Of a stretch of DNA of 64,000 nucleotides, positions 9,628-19,610 are shown piece by piece. Source of the DNA: an uncultured Candidatus Melainabacteria bacterium (GTDB lineage: Bacteria > Cyanobacteriota > Vampirovibrionia > Gastranaerophilales > Gastranaerophilaceae); NCBI GenBank assembly GCA_947361615.1, contig CANAJP010000004.1:8216-72215 (forward strand), written 5' to 3'. Position 1 is the stretch's first letter; each line of letters opens with the position of its first letter. The notes under the pieces were generated by a model. The model was not told where the DNA came from and did not search any database. It saw nothing but the letters and a program-made list of their open reading frames with translations. Made by a program: the position numbers and the translations under genes.

Positions 9628-10903
9628 ATTTTCCCTCTTTTTCAGCTGTATTTTTACCGTCCGCGAACGCCTGGTGAGTCCAAAAATATTCCCATTTCCC
9701 AAACCGTCCTATACTTTCTATTCCTATTGAGTTAAGATAATCAAGAATTATTTGACGGTTTTCATAGATATTGTGGTCAAAAATTATATTGGCATATTTT
9801 TCAAAACGAATATCTTTAATAATGATATCTTTTTCTTCACAAACGCCCATGTTAATTAGTTTTTCGATGGTATTTTTTATAACCTCATCGGCTGGTGGAA
9901 TTTTTGCCTTATTGGAAAAGAAAATTTCTGCTTGTAGAGAACTACATCCTTGAGGCACATTATCTGATGATTTTAGACTTGGAGAATAAACTCTGCTTGA
10001 CAAAATATCTTCATCATAGATATAAAACCAGAGATATTTTGCAATATCAGGTTTGTTAAACCCTAAGGAAACCATGTAACCGGAGGTATACATAAGATTT
10101 GCTGCCGCGGTTTTGATATTACTAGGAACATTGTCGAGCATTTTAATTATTTCAGGCAATGGCAAAGTAGAAATCAATCTTTCATATTTTGTTTCGCTTC
10201 CATCCTTGAAAAATACTTTACGGGAAGAGGTATCTATTTTAACAGCTTCTTTATTAAATTCTATATTTAACCCTTTGCGACATTTGTTTAAAATACTTCT
10301 AAATCCACCGGTTTTGGGGTATTTCATAACTTTTGAATAATAAAAACATTCGTCCTGAGTTTCAAATGCTCCGCGCAATACCTGTTTGATATCAGGGGTG
10401 TACATTCTTTGTCCGACCCATTTCGTTTCAAGTTCGCGTGCTTCTACTCCCCAGTATTTACGTGTATATTTAAACGGGAAATTCTCAGCAAAATAGTCAC
10501 CGTACTGCACTCTTAGCCATTCTTCATAGTTTTCGATTTCATCAATAGGTTTCATTTTTTTATTGATAAATCCGTCTATGATGTTAACTTTTTCTTCTAT
10601 AGAAAGTGGCGCAAGGTTATTCTGTGCGGGATGTCTTAGCCAGATGCCTTTGTAATAATTTGAAGGGAATGGAATGTGTTCCAACATTTCAGATGATTGC
10701 TTGAATAAGTTAACCGTATATTCATCCGGAGCAAAAGAAAAGTGGACAAATTTGTCAAAGCGAAAACCGTTTATTGTAAAATTTCCGCATAAACCACCCC
10801 AATCATTGTTTTTTTCATATATTATGACGGGTTCTTTTTCCAGATTTAAGTGATAGCCTGCTGATATACCTGCAATACCGCTTCCTAGAATTACTGTTCC
10901 CAT
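9608..10903 (-). CDS. FAD/NAD(P)-binding oxidoreductase (amine-oxidase / UDP-galactopyranose-mutase superfamily)
   Basis: N-terminal Rossmann motif VILGSGIAGISAGYHL...EKNNDWGGL. Lies inside the glycan operon. Confidence 0.65.
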   Translation of the reverse strand: MGTVILGSGIAGISAGYHLNLEKEPVIIYEKNNDWGGLCGNFTINGFRFDKFVHFSFAPDEYTVNLFKQSSEMLEHIPFPSNYYKGIWLRHPAQNNLAPLSIEEKVNIIDGFINKKMKPIDEIENYEEWLRVQYGDYFAENFPFKYTRKYWGVEARELETKWVGQRMYTPDIKQVLRGAFETQDECFYYSKVMKYPKTGGFRSILNKCRKGLNIEFNKEAVKIDTSSRKVFFKDGSETKYERLISTLPLPEIIKMLDNVPSNIKTAAANLMYTSGYMVSLGFNKPDIAKYLWFYIYDEDILSSRVYSPSLKSSDNVPQGCSSLQAEIFFSNKAKIPPADEVIKNTIEKLINMGVCEEKDIIIKDIRFEKYANIIFDHNIYENRQIILDYLNSIGIESIGRFGKWEYFWTHQAFADGKNTAEKEGKYAAANN

Positions 10904-11985
10904 AGGTACCCCTTATCTGTATGAGCTTTGATTTGTTTTTTGCAATATTCAAACATATCGTCTGAATTCAAAGCTTCTTTGTACCAATCAACGGTGAATT
11001 CGATTGCTTCGTGTAAATTCAGCATTGCTTTCCATTGCAACATTCTATAGGCTTTTGTCACGTCAAGGCTTAGAAGCGTATTTTCGTGAACCATTTCTGC
11101 TCCTGAAACGTCAACAACTTTACCTTTTCCGTAGTATTTAACAAGATATTCAACAACTTCCCAAACGGTTTTGTTGCACTCGATTGGTGGGCCGAAGTTA
11201 AAACCTTGAGCGTATTCCGTCGGGTTCTCCATTAATTTTTGTCCAACGCGCAGATAACCGCTCAATGGTTCAAGTACGTGTTCCCAAGGGCGAGTTGCTT
11301 TTGGTGAACGGATTTCAATATCTTTTCCTTCTTCGATAAATCTAATGCAATCAGGGATAAGTCTGTTATCAGACCAGTCGCCGCCACCGATTACGTTTCC
11401 GGCACGGACTGAGGCTATTGCTTTGCCGTGTTTAGCGTAATCTTTTGGGTTGAAATATGAATTTCTGTATGATGAAATCATTAATTCCGCACAGCCTTTT
11501 GATGAAGAATATGGGTCATAGCCGCCCATTCTGTCTGTTTCTTTGTATCCCCAGATTTGTTCTACGTTTTCATAGCATTTGTCAGATGTTATCATTACAA
11601 CTGTTTTTATGCAATCAAATTTTCTAACCGCTTCCAAAATATTCAATGAACCCATTACGTTGGTTTCATAAGTATATTTAGGGTTGTTGTATGCAGTTCT
11701 TACAAGAGCTTGTGCTGCAAGGTGGAAAATAATTTCAGGCTGATATTTTGCGATAGTTTCTTCTAATTTTGCGCTATCTCTAACGTCACCTTTAACATCA
11801 GCAAATAAATGTTTTTCAAGGTGTGAGGCTTTGTAGTTCCCGCGTTCAGAATATGGTTCAAGTGCATATCCGACAACTTTTGCGCCTAACATTGTAAGCC
11901 AGATTGAAAGCCAGCTTCCTTTGAAACCGGTATGTCCGGTTACTAGAACTGTTTTTCCGGCATAAACGTTATTGAAGTTTGACAT
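10891..11985 (-). CDS. rfbG: CDP-glucose 4,6-dehydratase
   Basis: GKTVLVTGHTGFKGSWLSIWL, YSSSK and other RfbG/DdhB hallmarks. Start set at MSNFNN. Confidence 0.88.
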   Translation of the reverse strand: MSNFNNVYAGKTVLVTGHTGFKGSWLSIWLTMLGAKVVGYALEPYSERGNYKASHLEKHLFADVKGDVRDSAKLEETIAKYQPEIIFHLAAQALVRTAYNNPKYTYETNVMGSLNILEAVRKFDCIKTVVMITSDKCYENVEQIWGYKETDRMGGYDPYSSSKGCAELMISSYRNSYFNPKDYAKHGKAIASVRAGNVIGGGDWSDNRLIPDCIRFIEEGKDIEIRSPKATRPWEHVLEPLSGYLRVGQKLMENPTEYAQGFNFGPPIECNKTVWEVVEYLVKYYGKGKVVDVSGAEMVHENTLLSLDVTKAYRMLQWKAMLNLHEAIEFTVDWYKEALNSDDMFEYCKKQIKAHTDKGYLWEQ

Positions 11986-12874
11986 TAGTCTTTTCCTTTC
12001 CTTGTGCAATTATTTCTTCTAAAGCTTGTTCTATTGTATATTTTTGTTGCCAGCCTATTTCATTCACAATACGCGAATTATTGCCAACTACAAATTTATA
12101 TTGGTTACTGACTTGTTCATTAAATATAACAAGATGTTCTTTATTCATTAGGCGTGCAATTGTTAGTACATAATCTGTAATGCTTGTTGCTTTGCCTGTT
12201 GAAATATTAAAAATTCCATTTTTATCTGAATCAAGAATCTCCACGAAAGCATTTGCGACATCTTTTGAATAGATATAATCTCTGATAAGACTTCCGCTAC
12301 GAATTTCTACAGGTTTATCGTTTTGTAGTGAATTCATAACATCACCTGTCAAGCGTCTTAAATCTTTTTCTAAGCCGAAAGCCGAGAAAATTCTACCCCA
12401 AGCAAAATCCATTTCATTATTCAAACAGAATAATTCAGCAATTTCCCTTAAAGTATTTTTGCATTTGCCGTAAATATGCTGTGGCTCAAGCGGGCTTGTA
12501 TATTCCTTAAGCAAGGCATTGTTTTCTGCATATTCAATATATGTACCTGCCATAACAACTTTTTTACCGCCATGTTGTTTGAACGATTTCAGTAATTCAA
12601 TTGAGGCTATTAAGAAATCAAAATTTATATTGTCATTAAACATACCAGTAGTCTGCCACGCCAGATGTAGTAAATGCGTAGGTTTTATTTCCGCTAGAAT
12701 GCTGTTTATTGCTTTGTGATCAAACAAGTTTCCCTGAATCCAGTGGATTTGAGTAGATGAGGGTAGATTTCCGGTAGTAAGTGCATAAACTTCATATCCT
12801 TTACTTAATAACGGTTGTAAAGTTTCTTTGCCTATAAGTCCTTTTGCACCGGTTACAAAAACTTTTTTAGTCAT
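11969..12874 (-). CDS. NAD-dependent sugar epimerase/reductase (extended SDR)
   Basis: VFVTGAKGLIGK Rossmann motif and a YGKCK catalytic YxxxK. Confidence 0.8.
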   Translation of the reverse strand: MTKKVFVTGAKGLIGKETLQPLLSKGYEVYALTTGNLPSSTQIHWIQGNLFDHKAINSILAEIKPTHLLHLAWQTTGMFNDNINFDFLIASIELLKSFKQHGGKKVVMAGTYIEYAENNALLKEYTSPLEPQHIYGKCKNTLREIAELFCLNNEMDFAWGRIFSAFGLEKDLRRLTGDVMNSLQNDKPVEIRSGSLIRDYIYSKDVANAFVEILDSDKNGIFNISTGKATSITDYVLTIARLMNKEHLVIFNEQVSNQYKFVVGNNSRIVNEIGWQQKYTIEQALEEIIAQGKEKTNVKLQ

Positions 12875-13775
12875 TAATATGCTCCTTCCACCAGTTTACG
12901 CACTGCGATAAACCTTCTTCAAGAGAGTATTTTGGTTTCCAGTGTAATTCATTTAAAAGTTTTGTATTGGAACCGATAGCTACAGGTTCTTCAAATGCAC
13001 TCGGGATAGCTCCGTACAAAATTTCGCCTTTAAAATCAGTAAGTTCTTTTATCTTTTCGACGATGTTTTTTAACTTTACAGGTTCGCCTGAACAAATATT
13101 TACTGCACCATTTATATCACTTTCAAAAAGTTTAATGATTGCATCTGAAACATCTTCAACGTGAAGATAATCTTGAAATTTTGTACAGGTGGAAACTTTT
13201 ACGTCTTCATTTTTAAGCATTGAAGTTATGACATACGGCATTAGACGTTGCGGTCTTTCATATTGGCCGTAAAGATTGAAAATCCTTGCCCATTTAAAGT
13301 CTATTCCGTTTTGTTCACAGTAGCTTTGTGCCAAATTAAACAATGCGGCTTTTGATTTGCCATACAAGGATTTATTATTCAATGGTGTCAAATCTTCTTT
13401 GAAATAACCATATTCAAAATCGTATTCCGAGATACTTCCTGCTATTAACACTTTTTTCCCACCGTTTTCGTGAAAACATTTAAGTATATTTAAGGAGGCT
13501 GCAACCCAATCAATGTTGATATTGTGTGTATGGCATTTTGCATCACCATACCAGGCGAGATGAATTAAGTCTTCAAATTTGTTTTTATCGAATAATTTCT
13601 TAACTTGATTAACGTCCAACAAATCGAGAGTTATGGTGGTAAGGTTTTTGTGTTTGAAATCAATTTCATTTTGATATTTAATCCCTACAACTTCATAACC
13701 TCTTTCAATTAAGTCTTTAACCGTTTGTTTACCTATAAATCCTGAAGCTCCTGTGATTAGGACTTTTTTGTTCAT
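12867..13775 (-). CDS. NAD-dependent sugar epimerase/reductase (extended SDR), paralog of the previous gene
   Basis: VLITGASGFIGK and YGKSK motifs. Confidence 0.8.
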   Translation of the reverse strand: MNKKVLITGASGFIGKQTVKDLIERGYEVVGIKYQNEIDFKHKNLTTITLDLLDVNQVKKLFDKNKFEDLIHLAWYGDAKCHTHNINIDWVAASLNILKCFHENGGKKVLIAGSISEYDFEYGYFKEDLTPLNNKSLYGKSKAALFNLAQSYCEQNGIDFKWARIFNLYGQYERPQRLMPYVITSMLKNEDVKVSTCTKFQDYLHVEDVSDAIIKLFESDINGAVNICSGEPVKLKNIVEKIKELTDFKGEILYGAIPSAFEEPVAIGSNTKLLNELHWKPKYSLEEGLSQCVNWWKEHIND

Positions 13776-13776
13776 C

Positions 13777-14595
13777 TTAGACCTTTCCCATTAGACTTAC
13801 AAAATTATTTTGTTTATCCCAGACTTTCCAAGGGGCGTTATCATTTGCCCACATTTCGTCAAGTTCTATTTTATCGCGCAAAGTATCCATCGGGCGCCAG
13901 AAGCCATCGTGCTTATATGCAACTAATTCCCCGGCGTTTGCAATGCTTTCAAGTGGTTTTCTTTCGAATATTTCGTTCGGGTTATTGGCTTCAATGAAGT
14001 TGAAAACTTCCGGTTCACAGACGAAAAATCCACCGTTAATCCAGTTACCATCACCTTTTGGCTTTTCTCTGAATGACGTAATCATATTATCAGGTGTTAT
14101 GTTTAATGCTCCAAATCTTCCTGATGGTTGCACTGAAGTCATTGTCATTAGTTTGCCTGATTTTTTGTGGAAATCAACAAGTTCTGAAATATTGACATCA
14201 GATACTCCGTCGCCGTAAGTCAACAAGAAAGGTTCGTTACCTACGTAATCCTGTGCTTTTTTTATGCGTCCGCCAGTCATTGTATCCTGACCTGTGTAAA
14301 GCATTGTCACGCGCCACGGTTCGGTACGCATTTTGTGGAGTTCAACACTATTAGTTCTCATATCCACAGTTATGTCTGAATATCTTTGATAATAGTGCAC
14401 AAAGTAATCCTTGATGATATGAGATTTGTAACCTGTGAGGATTACAAAATCATTGAAGCCGTAATGAGAATAGATTTTCATTATGTGCCAAATTATCGGG
14501 TAGCCACCAATTTCCACCATTGGTTTTGGTTTCGAAACGGTTTCTTCGCCTAATCTTGTTCCGAGACCACCCGCAAGAATCAAAACTTTCATCAA
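13777..14595 (-). CDS. rfbF: glucose-1-phosphate cytidylyltransferase
   Basis: MKVLILAGGLGTRLGEETVSKPKPMVEIGGYPIIWHIMKIY is near-canonical RfbF/DdhA. First gene of the operon. Confidence 0.92.
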   Translation of the reverse strand: MMKVLILAGGLGTRLGEETVSKPKPMVEIGGYPIIWHIMKIYSHYGFNDFVILTGYKSHIIKDYFVHYYQRYSDITVDMRTNSVELHKMRTEPWRVTMLYTGQDTMTGGRIKKAQDYVGNEPFLLTYGDGVSDVNISELVDFHKKSGKLMTMTSVQPSGRFGALNITPDNMITSFREKPKGDGNWINGGFFVCEPEVFNFIEANNPNEIFERKPLESIANAGELVAYKHDGFWRPMDTLRDKIELDEMWANDNAPWKVWDKQNNFVSLMGKV

Positions 14596-14696
14596 ATGCT
14601 CCTTATATCTGAACTCTTCTTTTTTAATATACCATAAAAAAGATTTTATTACTTATTTATGAATAATTATTAAAAAGTCTTAGAAGAGCTGTTTTA

Positions 14697-15239
14697 CTAT
14701 AAAATGAAGTTCATATAACTTTCGTCTATTTTATCCTGTTCAATACCAATGTAACGCAGTGTTATTGATGTTGAGGAGTGGTTAAGGATTTTTTGTAAAA
14801 GTGCTATATCGTTGAACTTTATATAATGATGATATCCGAAGGTTTTTCTTAAAGAGTGTGTTCCTACTTTGTATTCAATGCCAAGTTCTGCGCAGACGTT
14901 ATTTATAATTCTGTAGGCCTGGTGTCGATCGAGTCGGTTGTCGTAAACTGTTTTAAACAATGGTTCTTTATTTTTACGGTTTTTGGTGTGAATTTCTATA
15001 AGTTTTTGAAGCTTTTCGTTTATTGGGAATTTTTTGTATTTTTTGGTTTTTTTCTCAATAATTGTTATATGGGTTTTATCTTTGACGTCACCGACATTAA
15101 GATTGAGAATGTCTGAGATTCTGAGGCCGCTGTTTGTGCCCATTACAAAAAATAATAAATCTCTTAAACTTTGATTGGCGAGTGCAGTTTCGATTTTTTT
15201 TAAATCATCTTTGTTTCTGATTGGTTCTACGATGTTCAT
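14697..15239 (-). CDS. small (180 aa) catalytic-domain-only tyrosine recombinase, FimB/FimE-sized
   Basis: GLRISDIL (Arg I), HSLRKTFGYHHY (H-x-x-R) and LNHSSTSITLRYI (His...Tyr nucleophile). Confidence 0.85.
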   Translation of the reverse strand: MNIVEPIRNKDDLKKIETALANQSLRDLLFFVMGTNSGLRISDILNLNVGDVKDKTHITIIEKKTKKYKKFPINEKLQKLIEIHTKNRKNKEPLFKTVYDNRLDRHQAYRIINNVCAELGIEYKVGTHSLRKTFGYHHYIKFNDIALLQKILNHSSTSITLRYIGIEQDKIDESYMNFIL

Positions 15240-15348
15240 AAGTCCTCCTTTATTATTGGCTTATGTTAAATTGTAGATGTAAAATGGGTTCTGGTTAATA
15301 TTTAGGGAAGATTTAAGTTGTAAGTGCTTGAATAGAAAGGAGGTTATT

Positions 15349-15900
15349 ATGGTGAGAAAATATGTGGCTCAACCAATTAAAGACAAAAAGGATATTCAAA
15401 CTGTAGAACAATATCTGAAAGAACGTAATTATAGGGATTATGTTATTTGGGTGCTGGGCCTGAATTCAGGATTGCGTGTGTCAGATATCATCGGGTTAAA
15501 TGTTTCTGATGTTACAAATAAAACACATATTTCAATTATAGAAAAAAAGACATCTAAACAGAAAAATTTTTATATCAATGATAAATTAAAAAGAGTTCTG
15601 GAAGATTTTACCAGAGGAAGAGTGCTTGAAGAACCGCTATTTATTGGAAAACAAGGCCGTCGATTAGATCGTTCTCAGGTCTATCGTTTTATTAAAAAAG
15701 CTTGTGATGATAATGGAATAAAAACTCATGTTTCAACACATACGATGCGAAAATCTTTTGGTTATCATCATTATCAAAAGTTTAAAGATTCAATAATCCT
15801 GCAAAAAATTTTTAATCACAGTAGCCAGAGAATAACTCTAATGTATATAGGTATAGAACAAGATGAAATTGATTTGAGCTATAAAAATTTTGAATTATAG
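15349..15900 (+). CDS. small (183 aa) tyrosine recombinase, paralog of 14697-15239, divergently transcribed
   Basis: AGGAGG RBS before the ATG at 15349. Motifs GLRVSDII, HTMRKSFGYHHY and FNHSSQRITLMYI. Confidence 0.85.
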   Translation: MVRKYVAQPIKDKKDIQTVEQYLKERNYRDYVIWVLGLNSGLRVSDIIGLNVSDVTNKTHISIIEKKTSKQKNFYINDKLKRVLEDFTRGRVLEEPLFIGKQGRRLDRSQVYRFIKKACDDNGIKTHVSTHTMRKSFGYHHYQKFKDSIILQKIFNHSSQRITLMYIGIEQDEIDLSYKNFEL

Positions 15901-15919
15901 ATAAGTCGTTGCTCCACTT

Positions 15920-16099
15920 TGTATCATTTTGTATCATTTTGATACACGAAGCAATATATCAACGAATATATGTTAAAAAAAGGCTATTGTCAATTTGAAT
16001 AGCCTGCATTTTGTAACAAATTTAAGAATTTTCCCATCTATTCTTCTGTCAAAACTCTTTTGTATCAATTGTTTTCAACGTTTGCCCCAAAATGATACA
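15920..16099. promoter_or_regulatory. candidate invertible DNA switch carrying an outward-facing promoter
   Basis: The 12-bp motif TGTATCATTTTG is present twice in tandem (15920-15931, 15930-15941). It is present once inverted as CAAAATGATACA (16088-16099). Between the copies, on the minus strand, lies TTGACA (15993-15988), 17 nt, then TATATT (15970-15965). Confidence 0.5.
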
Positions 16100-16133
16100 G
16101 AATGGGGCAAAGTGAAGTAGAGGATTTGAATTT

Positions 16134-17096
16134 ATGCCAGAAGTTAGTAATGAAGTTAATATCGCAATGATATTAGACGATGCTTATTTGATGTGTTCAC
16201 TTTGTACTATTTATTCCTTGAAAAAGAACAAGAAGAAAAACTCGGTTTATAATTTATTCCTTTTTCTCAATGATGTTAGTCTGTCTGCTAAAAGATTGTT
16301 GAATAAACTGAGTTCATATAATTTCAATGTTATGATGATTGATGCAAGCGTAGAAAGATTCAAAAATGTTTCCCGTATTGTTCATATAACCCAGACTGCA
16401 CTTATTAAATTTAATTTGTCAGGTTTGTTGTCGAATTTAGATAAAGTTTTATATATAGATGGGGATATTATTGTTCAGAAAGATTTAACTGATTTGTATA
16501 ATATGGATGTTTCGGATTATTATTTGGCGGGTGTAAGGGAATTGCGAGCTGAGAAAAAGTACAAGTTTCATAAATTAGTGGGGCAGAAATATTATATAAA
16601 TTCCGGTGTTATGTTGATGAATCTTGATTTGTTAAGAAAAGACAACCTTGAACAAGTTTTTATTGACACCAAGCTAAATCAGCCCAAAGAGTGGAAATGT
16701 ATGGATCAAGATGTATTTAATTATGTTTGTGGCGCAAAAATAAAGTATCTGGGAGTTGAGTATAATAATCCCTGTATAATATTTGTTGATTCTGGAACAA
16801 CCATAGATGAAATAAATAGTTTTTATAATACAAAATATAAAACAATAAAGGATTTATGTAAGAATTCTTATATATTGCACTATGCTGGCCCGCCGAAGCC
16901 GTGGTTATATGAAATACCTTACCATTCGAAATTATATTCTCGTTATTTGTTAAATTGTAAAGTTCCTTTGTATGAGAAACCGCCTTGGTTTACCAAAATT
17001 TTTTCTGTTTCGAACTTAGAGAGTAAAACTCATACTGTTATAAAAATATTAGATATCAGAATAAAAATAAGGAGAAGAAATAGTGTCAAAGGTTAG
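16134..17096 (+). CDS. GT8-family glycosyltransferase
   Basis: YIDGDIIVQKD (DxD), NSGVMLMNL and HYAGPPKPW motifs. C-terminal basic motif KIFSVSNLESKTHTVIKILDIRIKIRRR. Confidence 0.8.
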   Translation: MPEVSNEVNIAMILDDAYLMCSLCTIYSLKKNKKKNSVYNLFLFLNDVSLSAKRLLNKLSSYNFNVMMIDASVERFKNVSRIVHITQTALIKFNLSGLLSNLDKVLYIDGDIIVQKDLTDLYNMDVSDYYLAGVRELRAEKKYKFHKLVGQKYYINSGVMLMNLDLLRKDNLEQVFIDTKLNQPKEWKCMDQDVFNYVCGAKIKYLGVEYNNPCIIFVDSGTTIDEINSFYNTKYKTIKDLCKNSYILHYAGPPKPWLYEIPYHSKLYSRYLLNCKVPLYEKPPWFTKIFSVSNLESKTHTVIKILDIRIKIRRRNSVKG

Positions 17097-18282
17097 TGTA
17101 ATTATACCTGTTTATAATGCTGAAAGATATTTGAGAGAATGTCTGGACAGTTTAATTAATCAAACATTATCTGATATAGAAATTATATGTGTTAATGATG
17201 GTTCTACAGATAATTCATTAAGTATTTTAAATGATTATTCTCAGAAAGATGACAGAATAAAAATTCTTAACCAGGAAAATCAGGGGCCTGCTGTTGCTAG
17301 AAATAATGCATTAAAGATATCTAGCAGTGAATTTATTATGTTTTGTGATAGTGATGATTTTTATTCTCCTGATATGTGTGAGGTAATGTATAAAACTATT
17401 ACTCAGCAAGATTTAGATATTGTGCAAGTCGCATCAAATGTTATTTCAGGTTATGATGAGCATATTCGCAATGTTGAAAATTTTAAAAAATATTTATCTT
17501 TTAATAAACGTGAAAATATTGATTTGAATAAGACTCAAAATAAGTTATATTTTACGAATGAAATTTGGAACAAAATTTTCAGAAATGATTTGATTGAGAA
17601 ATATAATATAACTTTTCCTTTGCAAAAATGTGGCGAAGATAGATGTTTTATAATGCAATACATTGCGATAAGTAGCAGAGGTTCTATTATTGATAAAAAG
17701 TTACATAATTATAGATTATTTGCAGGAACTTTGAGTGAGCAATTTGAGCATGATTATTCTTTATGTTTTTCATCTCCTAAAGGGTTAAATATTGTTTTGA
17801 AATTTTATAAAGAGAATAATATCTTTGAAAATAATGAGGAATATTTTGTAAATAAAGTTTGTTTTTCGTTGAAAAAATATTATGGAAAAATTCCTTTTGA
17901 ATTGCAAAAATTATATATTAGAGAACATATACGATTGTTTGAAAACCTCGAAATAAAAAAAGAGGTTTTGAATAGGTATAAATTAGCAAAATATTTATGG
18001 CGTTGTGATGTTCGAAACGTTAAAAATATATTGAATAATAAAATGGTATACACGTATCAAGAGAGAATTTTTTCGATCAAAAATGCCAGTATTCACAAGG
18101 TGGTGACAATTTTAGGGTTAAAGTTTAAATTTAGATCAGGAAAGCTTGTTGAACGTGAAAGATTTAGAAGCCTTGAAAATAAATTAAATTACGCAAATCG
18201 ATTATTGCTTGAACAAAAAAATATTCTTATGCAACACGAAGAATTATTGAACGAACTTGTCTGGCAAAATGGAAAAACTTAA
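17083..18282 (+). CDS. GT2-family glycosyltransferase
   Basis: [25 protein letters not shown]...VNDGSTDNS...FCDSDD motifs. C-terminal motif ERIFSIKNASIHKVVTILGLKFKF followed by a coiled-coil tail. GTG start overlapping the upstream gene. Confidence 0.85.
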   Translation: MSKVSVIIPVYNAERYLRECLDSLINQTLSDIEIICVNDGSTDNSLSILNDYSQKDDRIKILNQENQGPAVARNNALKISSSEFIMFCDSDDFYSPDMCEVMYKTITQQDLDIVQVASNVISGYDEHIRNVENFKKYLSFNKRENIDLNKTQNKLYFTNEIWNKIFRNDLIEKYNITFPLQKCGEDRCFIMQYIAISSRGSIIDKKLHNYRLFAGTLSEQFEHDYSLCFSSPKGLNIVLKFYKENNIFENNEEYFVNKVCFSLKKYYGKIPFELQKLYIREHIRLFENLEIKKEVLNRYKLAKYLWRCDVRNVKNILNNKMVYTYQERIFSIKNASIHKVVTILGLKFKFRSGKLVERERFRSLENKLNYANRLLLEQKNILMQHEELLNELVWQNGKT

Positions 18283-18293
18283 AGGGGGCGCAG

Positions 18294-19610
18294 GTGAACA
18301 TAACGGTAATAGGCACAGGGTATGTTGGTTTGGTTGCAGGGGCTTGCCTTGCAGATATGGGAAATAACGTTATATGTATTGACAATAATCTCGACAAACT
18401 TAGACAACTTGAAAACGGTATAATCCCTATTTATGAACCGGGGTTGGAAGAGCTTGTTAAATCTAATGTTCTGGAAGAAAGATTGAAATTTTCTTTTGAT
18501 ATTGATTCTGCTGTAAAAGCTTCAGAAGTCTGTTTTATTGCTGTCGGAACTCCACAGGGGGAAGACGGGTCGGCGGATTTACAATATGTATTTGAGGTCG
18601 CAAAATCTATTGCTAAAGCGATGAACGGATACAAAGTTATTGTTGATAAATCGACGGTTCCCGTCGGTACTGCTGAAAAAGTTGCTGAAATTATTGCGAA
18701 AAATACGAGTATGCCTTTTGACGTTGTTTCTAACCCTGAGTTTCTCAAACAAGGGAATGCCGTTGATGATTTCTTGCATCCTGATAGGGTTGTGATAGGT
18801 TCAAATTCAAACAGGGCAACTATGATTATGCAAGAGATTTATTCGCCGTTCTTTAGGACTGGGAATCGTGTTATTGTTATGGATGTTAAATCCGCAGAAA
18901 TGACAAAGTATGCTGCGAATTCGTTTCTTGCTACTAAAATTTCGTTTATGAATGAGATTGCGAATTTGTGCGAAAAACTTGGCGCAGACGCTGAAATGGT
19001 TCGGGTTGGTATGTCAACAGATAGTCGTATCGGTAACAAATTTTTATTCCCCGGGCTTGGATATGGTGGAAGCTGTTTTCCTAAAGATGTTAAAGCTTTA
19101 ATAAAAACGGGGCTTGAAAATGGTTGTGATATGTCTATAATTAAGTCTGCGGATAATGTAAATGAATTTCAAAGGGAAAGATTTATAAATAAAATTATTG
19201 ACAGATTTGAGGGAGATTTGTGTGGTAAGACATTTGCAGTTTGGGGCTTGGCGTTTAAGCCTAAGACGAATGATATGCGTGAAGCGCCGGCGATTACGAT
19301 AATTGATGCATTGTTGGAACGTGGGGCAAAGGTGCAGGCTTATGACCCTAAAGCGTTTGATTGCGCGCGGATTTATTTTAAAGATAGAATTACTTATTCT
19401 CAATCGGCGTATTCTGCATTAGAGAATGCTAATGCGTTGCTTCTTCTGACAGAATGGAACGAGTTCAGACGTCCTGATTTTGATAGGATTAAAACATTGT
19501 TAAAAACGCCTGTGATTTTTGATGGGCGTAACCAATACGACGCTAAAAGACTTATAGATAAAGGGTTTGAATATTATCAGATAGGATGGTGTCAGGCTAT
19601 TTGTCGGTAA
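18294..19610 (+). CDS. ugd: UDP-glucose 6-dehydrogenase
   Basis: ITVIGTGYVGLVAGACLADMGN and GGSCFPKD (catalytic Cys). 438 aa. Confidence 0.92.
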   Translation: MNITVIGTGYVGLVAGACLADMGNNVICIDNNLDKLRQLENGIIPIYEPGLEELVKSNVLEERLKFSFDIDSAVKASEVCFIAVGTPQGEDGSADLQYVFEVAKSIAKAMNGYKVIVDKSTVPVGTAEKVAEIIAKNTSMPFDVVSNPEFLKQGNAVDDFLHPDRVVIGSNSNRATMIMQEIYSPFFRTGNRVIVMDVKSAEMTKYAANSFLATKISFMNEIANLCEKLGADAEMVRVGMSTDSRIGNKFLFPGLGYGGSCFPKDVKALIKTGLENGCDMSIIKSADNVNEFQRERFINKIIDRFEGDLCGKTFAVWGLAFKPKTNDMREAPAITIIDALLERGAKVQAYDPKAFDCARIYFKDRITYSQSAYSALENANALLLLTEWNEFRRPDFDRIKTLLKTPVIFDGRNQYDAKRLIDKGFEYYQIGWCQAICR

